Assembly: GCA_963798485.1 (NCBI GenBank)
Contig: CAWCTR010000006.1
Location: 1-52,021 of the forward strand
Length of the DNA: 52,021 bases
From: an uncultured delta proteobacterium
Lineage (GTDB): Bacteria; Desulfobacterota; Desulfomonilia; UBA1062
Direction of reading: 5' to 3'
The notes under the pieces are model-generated. The model saw only the letters and a list, made by a program, of their open reading frames with translations. It was not told the DNA's origin and did not search any database. This document shows positions 27,027 through 38,359 of this stretch, piece after piece (within the stretch, counting starts at the first letter, position 1; each line of letters opens with the position of its first letter). The position numbers were made by a program, and so were the translations under genes.

Positions 27027-28589
27027 TCACTCACCCACGATGGCCTTAACTTGCGTCTCTCCGGTGTTCTTCATGAAGAGCACCAGGGGTATGAGGATAA
27101 TCATCATCCAGGCGAGCAGATAGAATACATCTGCAAAAGAGAGCATGGAAGCCTGCCTGATCATATTCTCGTACATAATGCCGAGCCCGCCATGATTGGC
27201 CGAGGAGGGATCAATCCCGTTTTGTTGCAGGAGATCGGCGCCCTGCTTGGCACGCAGTGCGTACATGGAATCATATGGGGTCAGCTGTTCAATCAGGCGC
27301 GACTGGTGAAATTGGGACCTGCGGCTTACCATGGTCGTGACAATAGCAATTCCGATGCTGCCCCCGATATTTCTGATGAGATTGTATATGGCCGTGGCAT
27401 TGCCCATGTCTTCTTTTTTAATACCGGCAATCGTCAGGGTGGTCAGCGGGATAAAGAGCATGCCCATGCCGACGCCCATGAAGATCCTGGGCCACAGGAC
27501 GGTTGCGAAGTCCACGCCCAAGGTGAACCCCGCCATAAGAAGTGTGGAATATGCAGTGAGGAATATTCCGATTATGACAAAAACCTTCGGGTTGTAGCGG
27601 TGGAGAAACCTGCCGACAATAGGCATGGTTAAAAGGTTCGCCACGCCTCCGGGCGCCAGTACGAGGCCTGCCAGGGTCGCGGTGTAGCCCATGAGCGTTT
27701 GGAGATAGATGGGCAGCAAAACAAGTGTTCCGAAAAGGTTTGCCATGAAGACAAACATGGCGATGTTGCCAAGGGTATAGGAGTAGTTCCTGAACACATT
27801 CAGATCCACAATGGGCCGCTCGGCATAGCGTTCTACTGCGACAAACAGGGCTAGAGAGAATGCCGCGATAAGTGCCAGGGCAATCATGGTGTTTGAATTG
27901 AACCAATCGAACCTCTCCCCCCGGTCAAGGAGGAGCTGGAGGCAACCTACCCCAAGGCTGAGCAGGATAAGGCCTCGGTAGTCGATCTTCATTCGCATGC
28001 CCTTCATGTACGGGGGGTCTACAATGACGAAGATCGCCATAATGACCGAGACGATGCCGATGGGGATATTGATGAAGAACACCCAATGCCAGGTGAGAAC
28101 GTCGGTAATCCAACCGCCCAACACAGGGCCTATTATGGGCCCGAAGCTGACGCCGATCCCGAAGATGGCCATGGCGATGCCATACTGCCGGGGCGGGAAA
28201 GACTCGAGCAGGATCGCCTGGGAGAGCGGCGGCATTGCCCCGCCGGTGAGACCTTGTATGACCCTGAAGACAATGAGGCTCTCTATGTTCCAGGAGACCC
28301 CGCACAGAAAAGAGCTCACCGTGAACATCACGATGGAAAAGAGGAGGTAACGTTTGCGGCCGATGAGCCTGCTGATCCATCCGGCCATGGGTATGATGAC
28401 CGCGTTTGCCGCCAGATATGCAGTGATGGACCAGGTGGCCTCGTCGATGCCTGCAGAAAGGCTCCCCCTTATATGATCAAGGGATACATTCACCACCGAG
28501 GTGTCGAGGACGACCATGAGCATGGGGAGCATCACGGTCCCTGCAACAAGCCATTTATTCGCCTGCGGCTGCGACGGCGGGTTCATCAC
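27027..28589 (-). CDS. emrB: DHA2 family MFS efflux permease (EmrB-like)
   Basis: LDTSVVNVSL, WSITAYL, RVIQG, GPIIGPVLGGW and WVFFINIPIG motifs. Confidence 0.92.
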   Translation of the reverse strand: MMNPPSQPQANKWLVAGTVMLPMLMVVLDTSVVNVSLDHIRGSLSAGIDEATWSITAYLAANAVIIPMAGWISRLIGRKRYLLFSIVMFTVSSFLCGVSWNIESLIVFRVIQGLTGGAMPPLSQAILLESFPPRQYGIAMAIFGIGVSFGPIIGPVLGGWITDVLTWHWVFFINIPIGIVSVIMAIFVIVDPPYMKGMRMKIDYRGLILLSLGVGCLQLLLDRGERFDWFNSNTMIALALIAAFSLALFVAVERYAERPIVDLNVFRNYSYTLGNIAMFVFMANLFGTLVLLPIYLQTLMGYTATLAGLVLAPGGVANLLTMPIVGRFLHRYNPKVFVIIGIFLTAYSTLLMAGFTLGVDFATVLWPRIFMGVGMGMLFIPLTTLTIAGIKKEDMGNATAIYNLIRNIGGSIGIAIVTTMVSRRSQFHQSRLIEQLTPYDSMYALRAKQGADLLQQNGIDPSSANHGGLGIMYENMIRQASMLSFADVFYLLAWMMIILIPLVLFMKNTGETQVKAIVGE

Positions 28590-28605
28590 ACATCGGCTCC
28601 GGTAA

Positions 28606-29703
28606 TTACATTTTTACCGCTATCGTGGGCTGAACCGACATGCCTACGCGCAGGGTGTGCCCCGGGTCGGTGTCCTTTTCCAGTATGATCTTCACGGGGA
28701 TACGTTGCACCACCTTCACATAGTTCCCCGTGGCGTTCTCGGGTGGAAACAGGGAGAAAACGCTCCCTGTCCCGGCCATGATGCTGTCGATCGTTCCTGA
28801 GAAGGTCTTGCCGGGATACATATCCACTTTTATCTGAACCTTCTGGCCCGGCCTCACGTTGGTAAGTTGCGTCTCCTTATAATTGGCTACAATCCATACA
28901 TCATTCAAGGGGACAAGGGCCATGAGCGGCTGTCCCCCCTGCACCTGGTTGCCGACCTCAACATTCTTCTTGGTGATGTAACCATCCGAAGGTGCATATA
29001 TCTTCGTATAACCCTGCATCAGACTCGAAGAGGCAAGCACTTGTCTCTTCTGTTCCACGATGTACCCTTGAGACAGATACGCTGTCTTGGACTGCCGGAT
29101 AACGAGCTTCTGGGTCTCCAGGGAGGCTAAGGCCTGCTTAATCTGCTCGCGGGCCGCATCGACCTGGGCCCTTGCAACATCGTAAGCCGTTGTCGCCTTC
29201 TCGAGTGTCGCCTCGGCAAAGATCCCTTTGTCATAAAGCTTCCTCCCCCTTACCAGATCCTGATTCGCCTGCTTCAGCGTGGCTTCCTGCAAGGCCAGAG
29301 TTGCCCTGGCTGTATCGATCCTTGATTGTATCTCGTCAAGCTGCTTACCCGCCACATCTACCCGCACGGAGAGCTCGGAGAGCTTTGATTGCTCTGAATC
29401 CACTGTTGCCTTGGCATCGCTGACCTTTACATCATAATCCTTGCTGTCGATCTCCAGGAGGAGTGCCCCTTTTTTCACCAACTGGTTGTCATGAACATAC
29501 ACATCCTTTACCGTACCTGCTACTTTCGGGGCTATGGAATGGATACTGCCCGTCACATAGGCATCATCAGTGGAAATATAATATTTTGTGTGCCTGATAT
29601 AGAAATAGACCGCGACAATGGTGATGAGTGCAATGATTCCGAACACGAAGAAGACGTTAGACTTGTTCGATTTAGCAAGACTGCCCTGCCCATTTTCTTC
29701 CAT
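28606..29703 (-). CDS. emrA: HlyD/EmrA family membrane fusion protein
   Basis: STDDAYV, ANYKETQL and FSLFPPENATGNYVKVVQRIPVKI motifs; start MEENG with GAAGGAG RBS. Confidence 0.92.
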   Translation of the reverse strand: MEENGQGSLAKSNKSNVFFVFGIIALITIVAVYFYIRHTKYYISTDDAYVTGSIHSIAPKVAGTVKDVYVHDNQLVKKGALLLEIDSKDYDVKVSDAKATVDSEQSKLSELSVRVDVAGKQLDEIQSRIDTARATLALQEATLKQANQDLVRGRKLYDKGIFAEATLEKATTAYDVARAQVDAAREQIKQALASLETQKLVIRQSKTAYLSQGYIVEQKRQVLASSSLMQGYTKIYAPSDGYITKKNVEVGNQVQGGQPLMALVPLNDVWIVANYKETQLTNVRPGQKVQIKVDMYPGKTFSGTIDSIMAGTGSVFSLFPPENATGNYVKVVQRIPVKIILEKDTDPGHTLRVGMSVQPTIAVKM

Positions 29704-29996
29704 GCACTCCTCCTTCAATGATGCCTTTGATGCGAGAGCCTTTTTGAATCTGATAGATTGTTTCGGATGTGTAAAATGTGCGAATAACCGACATGTCCTT
29801 ATATTGTCAAGGGGTATCATCGTCAGATGATAAAATACCTATGAGCCCTTAAAATAAAGGTTTGCACGACCAGCCCCTGATGGTAAAAGAAACTTTCACC
29901 TGCCCTATTCCATCGAGGGAGTTATCTTGTTATAATACTGCCAGTGTACATTATATGTACTGTAGTGCTATTGAGTCCATTAACCCATGAGGTTGT

Positions 29997-31289
29997 ATGG
30001 AATCTACTGCAAACACTGATCATTCCAAGTACCCGGTGCTCGACCATATAGACGTGCCCGAAAACATGCGCACTGCATGGCAGGATATCGTTGACCTGAT
30101 CTCCGAGATCTTCCAGGTCCCTGCGGCGCTGATCATGCGGGTACATGAGCTCGATATCGAGGTGTATGTCCAAAACCGGGGCGCAGGCCATCCCTACAAG
30201 ACCGGCCATAAGCAACAACTGGGCCTGGGCAGCTACTGCGAAACCGTAATGGATAACCGCGCCACGCTGCTCGTTCCTGATGCCATGAAAGACACTCAGT
30301 GGGATCATAACCCCGACATCATTCATGGCATGATCTCACACCTGGGGATGCCTATCACCTGGCCGCAGGGCGAGGTATTCGGGACCATCTGCGTGCTGGA
30401 CACAAAGGAGAACCGCTATACAGGGCACCTTACAAGGCTCCTGGAAAAATTCTCCCGTCTCATCATGTCCGACCTCCACGTTATCTGGTCTTCATTGGAG
30501 CTTGAAAATGCCAATCACGAACTTCAAGCGCTGAACGAAGAAATGAACCAGTTCATGGGGATAGCGGCCCACGACCTGAGAAGTGCGCTGAATGTGCTGC
30601 TGGGATGCAGCAATTACCTCCTCCCCAAGGAAACCGACGATCTGTCAAACAAAGAGCGCACATACCTGAATCTCATCAGGAAATCCTCCTCCACCATGCT
30701 CAAGCTCATGGACGAGCTCATGGACATCGCCCGGATCGACACCATGCGCCTTCCCCTGACCCTTGAAGAGACTGACTTCTCCGTGCTTGTCGGCGAGAAT
30801 ATTCAGTTCAACCAGGCGCTTGCCGAGGCAAAGGGCATCCAGATCAACCTCTTGATGCCTCCGGAACCTGCAAGGGTAAAGGTAGACCCGGGCAAGATCG
30901 ACCAGGTGCTCAACAATCTCCTATCCAACGCGATCAAGTACTCACCTTCGGATACCACTATCCTTGTTTCCGTTGACCACAACCCTGATGAAATAATCGT
31001 TTCGGTCCGCGACCAGGGACCCGGCATACCCGGTGAAGAGCAGCAGGGCCTGTTCAATCCCTTCCGTATCACGAGCATCAGGCCCGCATCAGGCGAACCC
31101 AGCACCGGCCTGGGGTTGTACATAGCCCGAAGGATCGTGGAAGAACACGGCGGCCGGATCTGGGTTGAAAGCGATACGGGCAAAGGCTCCACCTTCTCTT
31201 TCACGCTGAAACATCTACGCACAAAGGCCTTGAAAAGAAAGGCTGCAAGACCCTATAACCGGATGGATACCATCGAAACAACCAAGTAG
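29997..31289 (+). CDS. GAF-domain sensor histidine kinase
   Basis: GAF (GTICVLD), H-box AAHDLR, N-box NLLSNAIKYS, DQGPGI and GLGL. Confidence 0.92.
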   Translation: MESTANTDHSKYPVLDHIDVPENMRTAWQDIVDLISEIFQVPAALIMRVHELDIEVYVQNRGAGHPYKTGHKQQLGLGSYCETVMDNRATLLVPDAMKDTQWDHNPDIIHGMISHLGMPITWPQGEVFGTICVLDTKENRYTGHLTRLLEKFSRLIMSDLHVIWSSLELENANHELQALNEEMNQFMGIAAHDLRSALNVLLGCSNYLLPKETDDLSNKERTYLNLIRKSSSTMLKLMDELMDIARIDTMRLPLTLEETDFSVLVGENIQFNQALAEAKGIQINLLMPPEPARVKVDPGKIDQVLNNLLSNAIKYSPSDTTILVSVDHNPDEIIVSVRDQGPGIPGEEQQGLFNPFRITSIRPASGEPSTGLGLYIARRIVEEHGGRIWVESDTGKGSTFSFTLKHLRTKALKRKAARPYNRMDTIETTK

Positions 31290-31328
31290 CCTTTTCCCTG
31301 GCTGAGCATTCAAAATGACCAATAAATC

Positions 31329-33239
31329 TTAATGCTCTTCCAGGGAAATGAGTGACACGACTGTCTCGGTGAGGTACTTGGGATTACCCTCTTTGGGCAG
31401 CCAGATACTGACCTGTGTGGAAGGCCTCTTCATCTTGACCATCCAGGGCCCGATCTGCTGGGGGGTGAGTGAGATACAGAAGAGCTCGTTCCATGAGTTC
31501 ATATAGAGCACATCCAACTCGTATATGGAATGCAGGATGTCAGGGCGCTCCATGTTCGCTATGATAACAACGTGTTTGGCGTATTTGTCTTCCATGAGAG
31601 ACGCCCTGTCAAGGCCGATGGAACTGGCATCCGGGATCAGCGAGTTAAGCTTCCATAGCAATGATTGAATGTCATAGAGCACAACCTTTGATACATTGGG
31701 GATCATATGGAAGGCGGTGGATGCGTCAAATCGCTTGTTGTATACCAGCCATGCCAGGATATTGGCCACTCTTTCGGATTCCATGATGGGCGAACCTTTG
31801 CCAGTCTCGGGGGAACTCTCAAATATACTCCACACCTTGTTCTTATAGGTAAAGAATAGGTCCCGATAGGCCGGTTCCTTTCTTTTTACCCGCTTTTCAG
31901 ACTCGATCTTGCCCTCTTTCGATACATAGAAGGCCTCCACCCTCCGCCTAAGGACCTCCACCTCGATGTCTTCGTTAACAACCGTATTGCTGATATATGA
32001 CTTGGCCCTGCGAATGAGCTGGACAGTGGCCAGTTTCAGGTAACTATGTATATCGTCGCCGAATTTCCGGTACTTGTCCACCCCCCATTCGGAGAATTCA
32101 TTCAACTCCTTGACGGTATGGAGAGACCAGCCCCATGACTTAACGATGTCCACCATGATGGATGCCTTGTCATCGCGCTCCAGCTTGTAAAGATCAGCAC
32201 TGCGGATATTGGGGTTCACCTTCAGGTAAAAACACTTTCTGAGCAGATCCAGCGTTCTATCATCACCCCTGGCCTGGTAATAGTCCTCCACACGACACAG
32301 TATCTGAAAGTATGGATCGATGATATCATGGCCTTTGGCATAAAACACATTCTGCTTGAGGATATCGCATAAGAGCGTGCCTTTTGAAGAGGCTTCCAGG
32401 TAGCTGGCAACTAGCGCCATCTTGAGGACCGATTTCAGAGGATCATCGAGTGCCTTGTGCATCTGCCACAAAGCCGCACCCAACAGCTCCTGTTCAGGTA
32501 TGGATTCAATATCGCCAAGATCAATGTACTCCTCTTTATTCGTGCCCGTTCGCGTTTCCATAAGCGAACCCGACTGCCCGGATGAGTCTTCTCTTTGATC
32601 CGGCTGCACGATCCACCAGAGCGGCACCCTTCCCTCGATCAAGGTCAGGGTGCGGTAAAATTCTTCTTTAAGTATTGACTTTAAGGCAGATCCGGAACCC
32701 TCCTGTGACACGGAGCCGAAGTTGTTTGACCTGATATCCTTAAGGTCCATGAGGAAGAAGTGGATGTCCAGAACGTACTTACCTGTTATCCAACGCTGAA
32801 GGATCTTCAACTTTTTACTAAGGGTCTTTAATCTGTCCGGCTCGATGCGCTGGGCATCGACTACTATCCAGATATCATAATCCGATTCTCTCGTCTGGGC
32901 AAGACTTCCCACACTTCCGATGGTGAAGAGCCCTTCAATCTCAAGCCGCCGCGGCATATAATTCTGCATTCTCCCGAGGTTAACCCTTGAGGTGATATAC
33001 GACCCTATGTCCTTGATGGTTTGTGAAGGCCACTCCATAAATTTTATGCCGCATGGACAGTCCTCTTGCTCCACGTATCCGGGAAGACTCGGATGATTAA
33101 TATGAACAAGCAGGGGGAGAAGCTCAAGGATAACCTGCGCACCCACGGGGTCACACTTGCGCATGATGTCCTTCTTGTAGCGGTTGTAGCTTGTAAAGGC
33201 CCTCAGGCCGATTGAAACACTTGTATCAAGATGCCTCAT
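31329..33239 (-). CDS. cyaA: Class I adenylate cyclase (CyaA-like)
   Basis: GSVGSLAQTRESDYDIW, GSALKSILKEEFYRT and GAALWQMHKALDDPLKSVLKM motifs. Confidence 0.85.
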   Translation of the reverse strand: MRHLDTSVSIGLRAFTSYNRYKKDIMRKCDPVGAQVILELLPLLVHINHPSLPGYVEQEDCPCGIKFMEWPSQTIKDIGSYITSRVNLGRMQNYMPRRLEIEGLFTIGSVGSLAQTRESDYDIWIVVDAQRIEPDRLKTLSKKLKILQRWITGKYVLDIHFFLMDLKDIRSNNFGSVSQEGSGSALKSILKEEFYRTLTLIEGRVPLWWIVQPDQREDSSGQSGSLMETRTGTNKEEYIDLGDIESIPEQELLGAALWQMHKALDDPLKSVLKMALVASYLEASSKGTLLCDILKQNVFYAKGHDIIDPYFQILCRVEDYYQARGDDRTLDLLRKCFYLKVNPNIRSADLYKLERDDKASIMVDIVKSWGWSLHTVKELNEFSEWGVDKYRKFGDDIHSYLKLATVQLIRRAKSYISNTVVNEDIEVEVLRRRVEAFYVSKEGKIESEKRVKRKEPAYRDLFFTYKNKVWSIFESSPETGKGSPIMESERVANILAWLVYNKRFDASTAFHMIPNVSKVVLYDIQSLLWKLNSLIPDASSIGLDRASLMEDKYAKHVVIIANMERPDILHSIYELDVLYMNSWNELFCISLTPQQIGPWMVKMKRPSTQVSIWLPKEGNPKYLTETVVSLISLEEH

Positions 33240-33255
33240 CTCTTTGTTTATCGCA

Positions 33256-34035
33256 CTATACTTCCCGAGACTTTAAACGCCAACCTATAAGTGTAAGGCC
33301 TGCAGCAACCATGATCATGCACAGAACCTGCCCCATGCTGAAAGGGCCGATTATCAATCCGAGCTGTGGATCAGGCTCCCTGAAGAACTCCAGGACAAAT
33401 CGTATTATCCCATAACAGGCAAGAAAAACACCGAAGACTATCCCATGGATGTTTACCTTTCTACTTACAAGATAGAGGATCATGAAAAGCAGCGCTCCCT
33501 CGGAAAATGCTTCATAAATCTGAGAGGGGTGTCTCGGCAACGGCCCGCCATTGGGGAATACCATACCCCAGGGTACATTGGTAACCCTTCCATAGAGCTC
33601 AGCGTTGATAAAGTTACCCATACGACCGAAAAAAAGACCCGGGGTCGCACCCAGCGCACCGAAATCGGCCAGCATGAGAAACGCCTTCTTCCGGGATACG
33701 GAGAAGATCGCCCCGGTGATGATCAGACCGATAAGACCGCCATGGAATGACATGCCTCCTTCCCAAACAGCGAAGATCTTTAAAGGATTGGAAAGGTAAT
33801 ATGATGGGTTATAGATAAGGCAGTACCCGATCCTTGCACCTAAAACAAGTCCGAGTATGCAGTAGGTGATGAGATCTTCAAGTTCCATCTTTGTCATAGG
33901 GAGCTTCCTGCGGCGGCAGACATCCATAATGACCAGGTATGCGATGATGAAGCCGAATATATACATGAGGCCATACCATCTGAGCTGCAAAGGGCCGAGG
34001 TGGATCAGGACAGGATCAATCTGGGGATATCTCAT
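33256..34035 (-). CDS. lgt: Prolipoprotein diacylglyceryl transferase
   Basis: RWYGLMY, GGMSFHGG, GRMGNFINAELYGR, RHPSQIYE and EFFREPD motifs. Confidence 0.97.
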   Translation of the reverse strand: MRYPQIDPVLIHLGPLQLRWYGLMYIFGFIIAYLVIMDVCRRRKLPMTKMELEDLITYCILGLVLGARIGYCLIYNPSYYLSNPLKIFAVWEGGMSFHGGLIGLIITGAIFSVSRKKAFLMLADFGALGATPGLFFGRMGNFINAELYGRVTNVPWGMVFPNGGPLPRHPSQIYEAFSEGALLFMILYLVSRKVNIHGIVFGVFLACYGIIRFVLEFFREPDPQLGLIIGPFSMGQVLCMIMVAAGLTLIGWRLKSREV

Positions 34036-34269
34036 AGTCTTAAGTGTTCTCATATCTTTCATACGCAAGTCAAGGATCTCGGTCTCTTCAGGCTCCTGAA
34101 GATCATGGCAAGGTGGATTCATGAATGATACGCCTGAGTACGGAACGAAGAGACTTCGCGGGATCTATCTTCCATAATTATTTATCTTTTTTAGATAATT
34201 CCTCAGGCAGCCTTGACTAAATCATGCTGAATTGCTATTGTTGCCAATACAACGAAAGGGATATTACTC

Positions 34270-34773
34270 ATGTTCAAGGTCGGAGATATAGTCGTATATC
34301 CAGCACACGGGGTTGCAGAAGTTGATTCTGTGGAAGACAGGAATATCTCGGGCAGCAGCATATCTTTCATCATACTGAAGGTCCTCGATACCCAGATGAC
34401 TGTCATGGTCCCTGTTTCAAATGTTAAAAATGTCGGCATCAGAGAACTCATAAAAACCAAAGGGATCGACCAGGTCATTGATATCTTGAAGCAACGATCC
34501 GTACAGGTGGATAACCAGACATGGAACCGCCGGTATCGTGAATATATGGAGAAGATCAAGAGTGGTTCGGCCTTTGAAATCGCCGAGGTGCTACGGGACC
34601 TCAATATCCTCAAGCGGGGCAAAGAGCTCTCATTCGGTGAAAGGAAGATGTACGATACCGCTAAGAATCTTCTAGTCAACGAGATTTCGATATCCAAAAA
34701 GATTGACAAAAAGGATGCCGAGATAATGATCCTTTCCGCCATGGGGAAGATCGATACGGCATCATCTTCCTAA
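34270..34773 (+). CDS. carD: CarD family RNA polymerase-binding regulator
   Basis: FKVGDIVVYPAHGV, WNRRYRE and LSFGERKM motifs. Confidence 0.95.
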   Translation: MFKVGDIVVYPAHGVAEVDSVEDRNISGSSISFIILKVLDTQMTVMVPVSNVKNVGIRELIKTKGIDQVIDILKQRSVQVDNQTWNRRYREYMEKIKSGSAFEIAEVLRDLNILKRGKELSFGERKMYDTAKNLLVNEISISKKIDKKDAEIMILSAMGKIDTASSS

Positions 34774-34792
34774 ACTTAGATAGGATATTCAT

Positions 34793-35779
34793 ATGAAATG
34801 GTTGTTACGCATTCTTATCGCCGTGGTTGTTTTTTACGGTTCCTTCCAATATGCAAAAGAACAGATGGGAGGAGGCATCTGGAGCATCATTCTGCCGCTC
34901 ATTGCAGAGACCTGCCTCTTTGTCATTTTCATCAGCGAATCAAAAGGGTTCAGGCTCCACCCCATGGCCTATGCAGGCGGCCTTTTAGGGACAATCCTCG
35001 GCCTCGTCATCGGCAGCCTTTTTGGATATGTGCTTATCGGGATCAATACCAGCGGAATCTATCTCTTCATCCTCATCAACACCATGTTCGCCTATCTGGG
35101 CTACACCGTAGGTCTTGCATGGGGCTCTGAGATCGGGTCTCTGCCCATATTCCATCAAAAGCCCAAAGGTGAGGGCACCAAGTTGAAAATCCTCGATACA
35201 AGCGTTATCATCGACGGCAGGATCTCGGACATCTCTGATGCCGGTTTCATAGAAGGCACCTTGATCGCACCTCAGTTCATCCTGAATGAACTCCAGCATA
35301 TCGCCGATTCATCCGACCCTCTCAAAAGGGCCCGTGGCAGACGCGGGCTGGACATCCTCAACAAGCTCCAGAAAAGCCAGAACGCCAAGGTAGAGGTCAT
35401 GGAGATCGACTTCCCCAAGATCAAGGAGGTTGACACCAAGCTCATTGCCTTGGCAAAGGAACTGGGCGCCGATATCCTGACCAATGACTTCAACCTGAAC
35501 AAGATCGCCCAGATCCAGGGCGTGAGTGTCCTGAACATCAATCAGCTTGCCAACGCGGTAAAACCCATAGTACTGCCCGGCGAGAGCATGGCAGTATTGA
35601 TAACAAGGCAGGGCAAGGAGCGCGGCCAGGGTGTGGCATACCTCGACGATGGGACCATGGTGGTTGTGGAGCAAGGGGAGGCCCTCATGAATCAGAGCAT
35701 CGATGTGGTTGTTACCTCCATCCTCCAAACCCCTGCAGGCAGGATGATCTTCGCAGCCCCGAAAACAAATGGCTTTTAG
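34793..35779 (+). CDS. Membrane PIN/TRAM domain protein (YacL-like)
   Basis: N-terminal TMs; LDTSVIIDGRI, RGRRGLDIL, TNDFNL and YLDDGTMVVVE motifs. Confidence 0.93.
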   Translation: MKWLLRILIAVVVFYGSFQYAKEQMGGGIWSIILPLIAETCLFVIFISESKGFRLHPMAYAGGLLGTILGLVIGSLFGYVLIGINTSGIYLFILINTMFAYLGYTVGLAWGSEIGSLPIFHQKPKGEGTKLKILDTSVIIDGRISDISDAGFIEGTLIAPQFILNELQHIADSSDPLKRARGRRGLDILNKLQKSQNAKVEVMEIDFPKIKEVDTKLIALAKELGADILTNDFNLNKIAQIQGVSVLNINQLANAVKPIVLPGESMAVLITRQGKERGQGVAYLDDGTMVVVEQGEALMNQSIDVVVTSILQTPAGRMIFAAPKTNGF

Positions 35780-36443
35780 TGCAGTTATCGTTGCAGGTGG
35801 CAGCGGAGCCCGGTTCGGCCTGAAAAAACAATTTCTTGATCTGGCTGGAATTCCTATCCTGAAGAGGACGGTCTCCTGCTTTGCTGCCCATGCAGCTGTT
35901 GATAAGCTTTTCGTTGTCGTTCCCGAAGAAGATATGCCGCAAACCAGGCAGATACTCGCAGATACGCTTAAGGAGCTTGTCATAACAAAGGGCGGCAGGA
36001 CAAGACAGGAATCGGTCATGAACGGATTACGATGCGCCCATGAAAGCCGGACCGTACTCATCCATGACGGGGTTAGGCCTTTTATATCATCCGGCCTCAT
36101 TGACCGGGTGATTGCCGGCCTGGAAGGGGTCGACGGGTGTATCCCCGCCCTTGAGGTAACCGATACCCTCAAAGAGGTACATGACGGTATGGTAATGAAA
36201 ACCATACCCCGCAGCAACCTCTACCAGATACAGACACCTCAGGCCTTTGTAACGAAAACACTAGTATCGGCCCATGAAAGGTCCCCCGGCGGCGGCCTGT
36301 TCACCGACGACAGCGCCTTACTTGAGGCATCAGGAAAGACCGTGAGGGTTGTTGAGGGTGACCCTTACAATGTAAAGATAACCTTCAAGGATGATATCGT
36401 TCTGGCGGAGGCTATTTTAAAATGCCATACAGGGTTGGAATAG
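35769..36443 (+). CDS. ispD: 2-C-methyl-D-erythritol 4-phosphate cytidylyltransferase
   Basis: AGGSGARFG..KQF, RQESV, IHDGVRP, QTPQAF, TDD and NVKIT motifs. Confidence 0.95.
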   Translation: MAFSAVIVAGGSGARFGLKKQFLDLAGIPILKRTVSCFAAHAAVDKLFVVVPEEDMPQTRQILADTLKELVITKGGRTRQESVMNGLRCAHESRTVLIHDGVRPFISSGLIDRVIAGLEGVDGCIPALEVTDTLKEVHDGMVMKTIPRSNLYQIQTPQAFVTKTLVSAHERSPGGGLFTDDSALLEASGKTVRVVEGDPYNVKITFKDDIVLAEAILKCHTGLE

Positions 36444-36901
36444 GGTTTGACATTCATAGACTGGTCCAAGACAGGCCCCTGATCCTCGGTGGGGTGACAA
36501 TCCCGCACCATAAAGGTCTGCTGGGCCATTCCGATGGAGACGTGATTATCCACGCCGTATGCGATGCCATCCTAGGCGCCGCCACCCACACGGACATCGG
36601 CGAATTATACCCGGACACCTCAATAAAAACCGAGGGGATGAACTCCCTGAGGATGCTGCACGAAATCCTGGATACGATAATCGGCAAGTATGAACTCGGC
36701 AACATCGACATCAATTGCATCTGCGAAAAGCCAAAGCTGGCCGGTTATCGATCAGAGATGATAAACGCAATCGCATCTGCAGCCGGACTCGATTCATCGG
36801 CGGTTTCGGTAAAATTCCGCACCCACGAGGGCCTCGGCGAGATCGGTGCAGGCAATGCCATTGCAGCACAGGCTGTGGTGCTGCTTAAGAAACGGCATTA
36901 A
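36422..36901 (+). CDS. ispF: 2-C-methyl-D-erythritol 2,4-cyclodiphosphate synthase
   Basis: GIGFDIH, GHSDGDV and DIG motifs. Confidence 0.95.
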   Translation: MPYRVGIGFDIHRLVQDRPLILGGVTIPHHKGLLGHSDGDVIIHAVCDAILGAATHTDIGELYPDTSIKTEGMNSLRMLHEILDTIIGKYELGNIDINCICEKPKLAGYRSEMINAIASAAGLDSSAVSVKFRTHEGLGEIGAGNAIAAQAVVLLKKRH

Positions 36902-36918
36902 CACAGGTAGGAGATCCC

Positions 36919-38353
36919 ATGGAATTAAACATATTCAACACACCCTTCAAGAAGAAGAGGCCCTTTGAGCCGTTGAATGACAACAAGGTCGGCATGTATG
37001 TATGCGGGGTCACGGTCTATGACATGTGCCACATCGGTCATGCCCGCTCTTTAATCATCTTCGACGTCATCTCCCGTTATCTCAGGAGAAAGGGCTATGA
37101 ACTGACCTATGTGAGGAACTTCACGGACATTGACGACAAGATCATTGCCAGGGCCAATATGCTTGGGACACCTTACCGCGAAATAGCGGACCGGTACATC
37201 GACGAGTTCAAGACCGACATGGATACGCTCAAGGTGAGGCCCGCTGATATCGAGCCCAAGGCCACGGACCACATCAAGGATATCATCGATCTGGTGCGCA
37301 TCCTTGAGGACAAGAGGGCTTGCTTACAAGGCCGATGACGGCAGCGTGTATTTCAGCGTCTCGAATTTCAAAGGCTACGGAAGTCTCAGCGGGAGAAGGA
37401 CCGAGGAGATGATTGCCGGGGCCAGGGTGGATATTGAGGAATTAAAAAAGGACCCGCTCGATTTTGCGCTGTGGAAACGAAGCAAGGAAGGCGAGCCCTG
37501 GTGGGAAAGTCCATGGTCCAAAGGCAGACCCGGCTGGCACATAGAGTGCTCGGCCATGAGCACCCGCTTTTTAGGCCCTACCCTTGACATCCACGGCGGC
37601 GGCAGAGACCTTATCTTCCCGCATCATGAGAATGAGATCGCCCAATCCGAGGGCGCCTATGGGGTCCCCTTTGTGCGGCACTGGATACATAACGGGTTCG
37701 TCACCGTGGATGGGGAAAAGATGAGCAAGTCGCTGGGCAACTTCATAACCATCCGCGAGCTCACCAAGGACGTACATCCCGAGGTCTTAAGGCTGCTCCT
37801 CTTATCCCACCATTACCGGAGCCCCATTGATTTTTCCCGTGATGCGGTGAATACCTCCAGACACGCCCTGGTACGTTTCTATGAGATGCTGGACAGGGTT
37901 GCCCATGCCACGGCAACAGGTAAGGATTCACGCCTTGAGGGGCTTCTTTTGACCTTTGCAACAGGGCTCGATGAGGCTATGGCCGATGACTTCAATTCGG
38001 CAAAGGCAATTGCCGTGCTTCACGACCTTACCACGGAGATCAACCGTGCCCTGGACAAGGACCCCACCGTGTCCCGGACTGACAGAGACGTGCTTGAAAA
38101 GACCGTACATGAGATCAGGGATATTTTCGGTATCCTCACAGAAGAGCCGGCAACCTTTCTGGAGTCCATGAAGCGCGGCAGTGTGCAGATAACAGGTCTG
38201 ACTGAACAGGAGATTATCGGATTTATTGACGAAAGGAACCTGGCCAGGAAGGCACGGGACTTTAAGAAGTCTGATGAGATCAGGGATTTGCTCAAGGGCA
38301 AGGGTATTCAGCTCAAGGACACCCCGGAAGGCACTGTGTGGGAAAAGATCTAA
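36919..38353 (+). CDS. cysS: Cysteinyl-tRNA synthetase, split by a +1 frameshift at ~37314
   Basis: CGVTVY..HIGH in ORF 36919-37338; [12 protein letters not shown] and KMSKS in ORF 37304-38353; deleting one base restores DKGLAY. Confidence 0.95.
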
Positions 38354-38359
38354 ACTTAA

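Noticed and set aside
36422-36443. ispD/ispF overlap as a frameshifted bifunctional ispDF
   Set aside because: ispF has its own ATG and GGAGG RBS, and fusion would need a base added, unlike the other three lesions.
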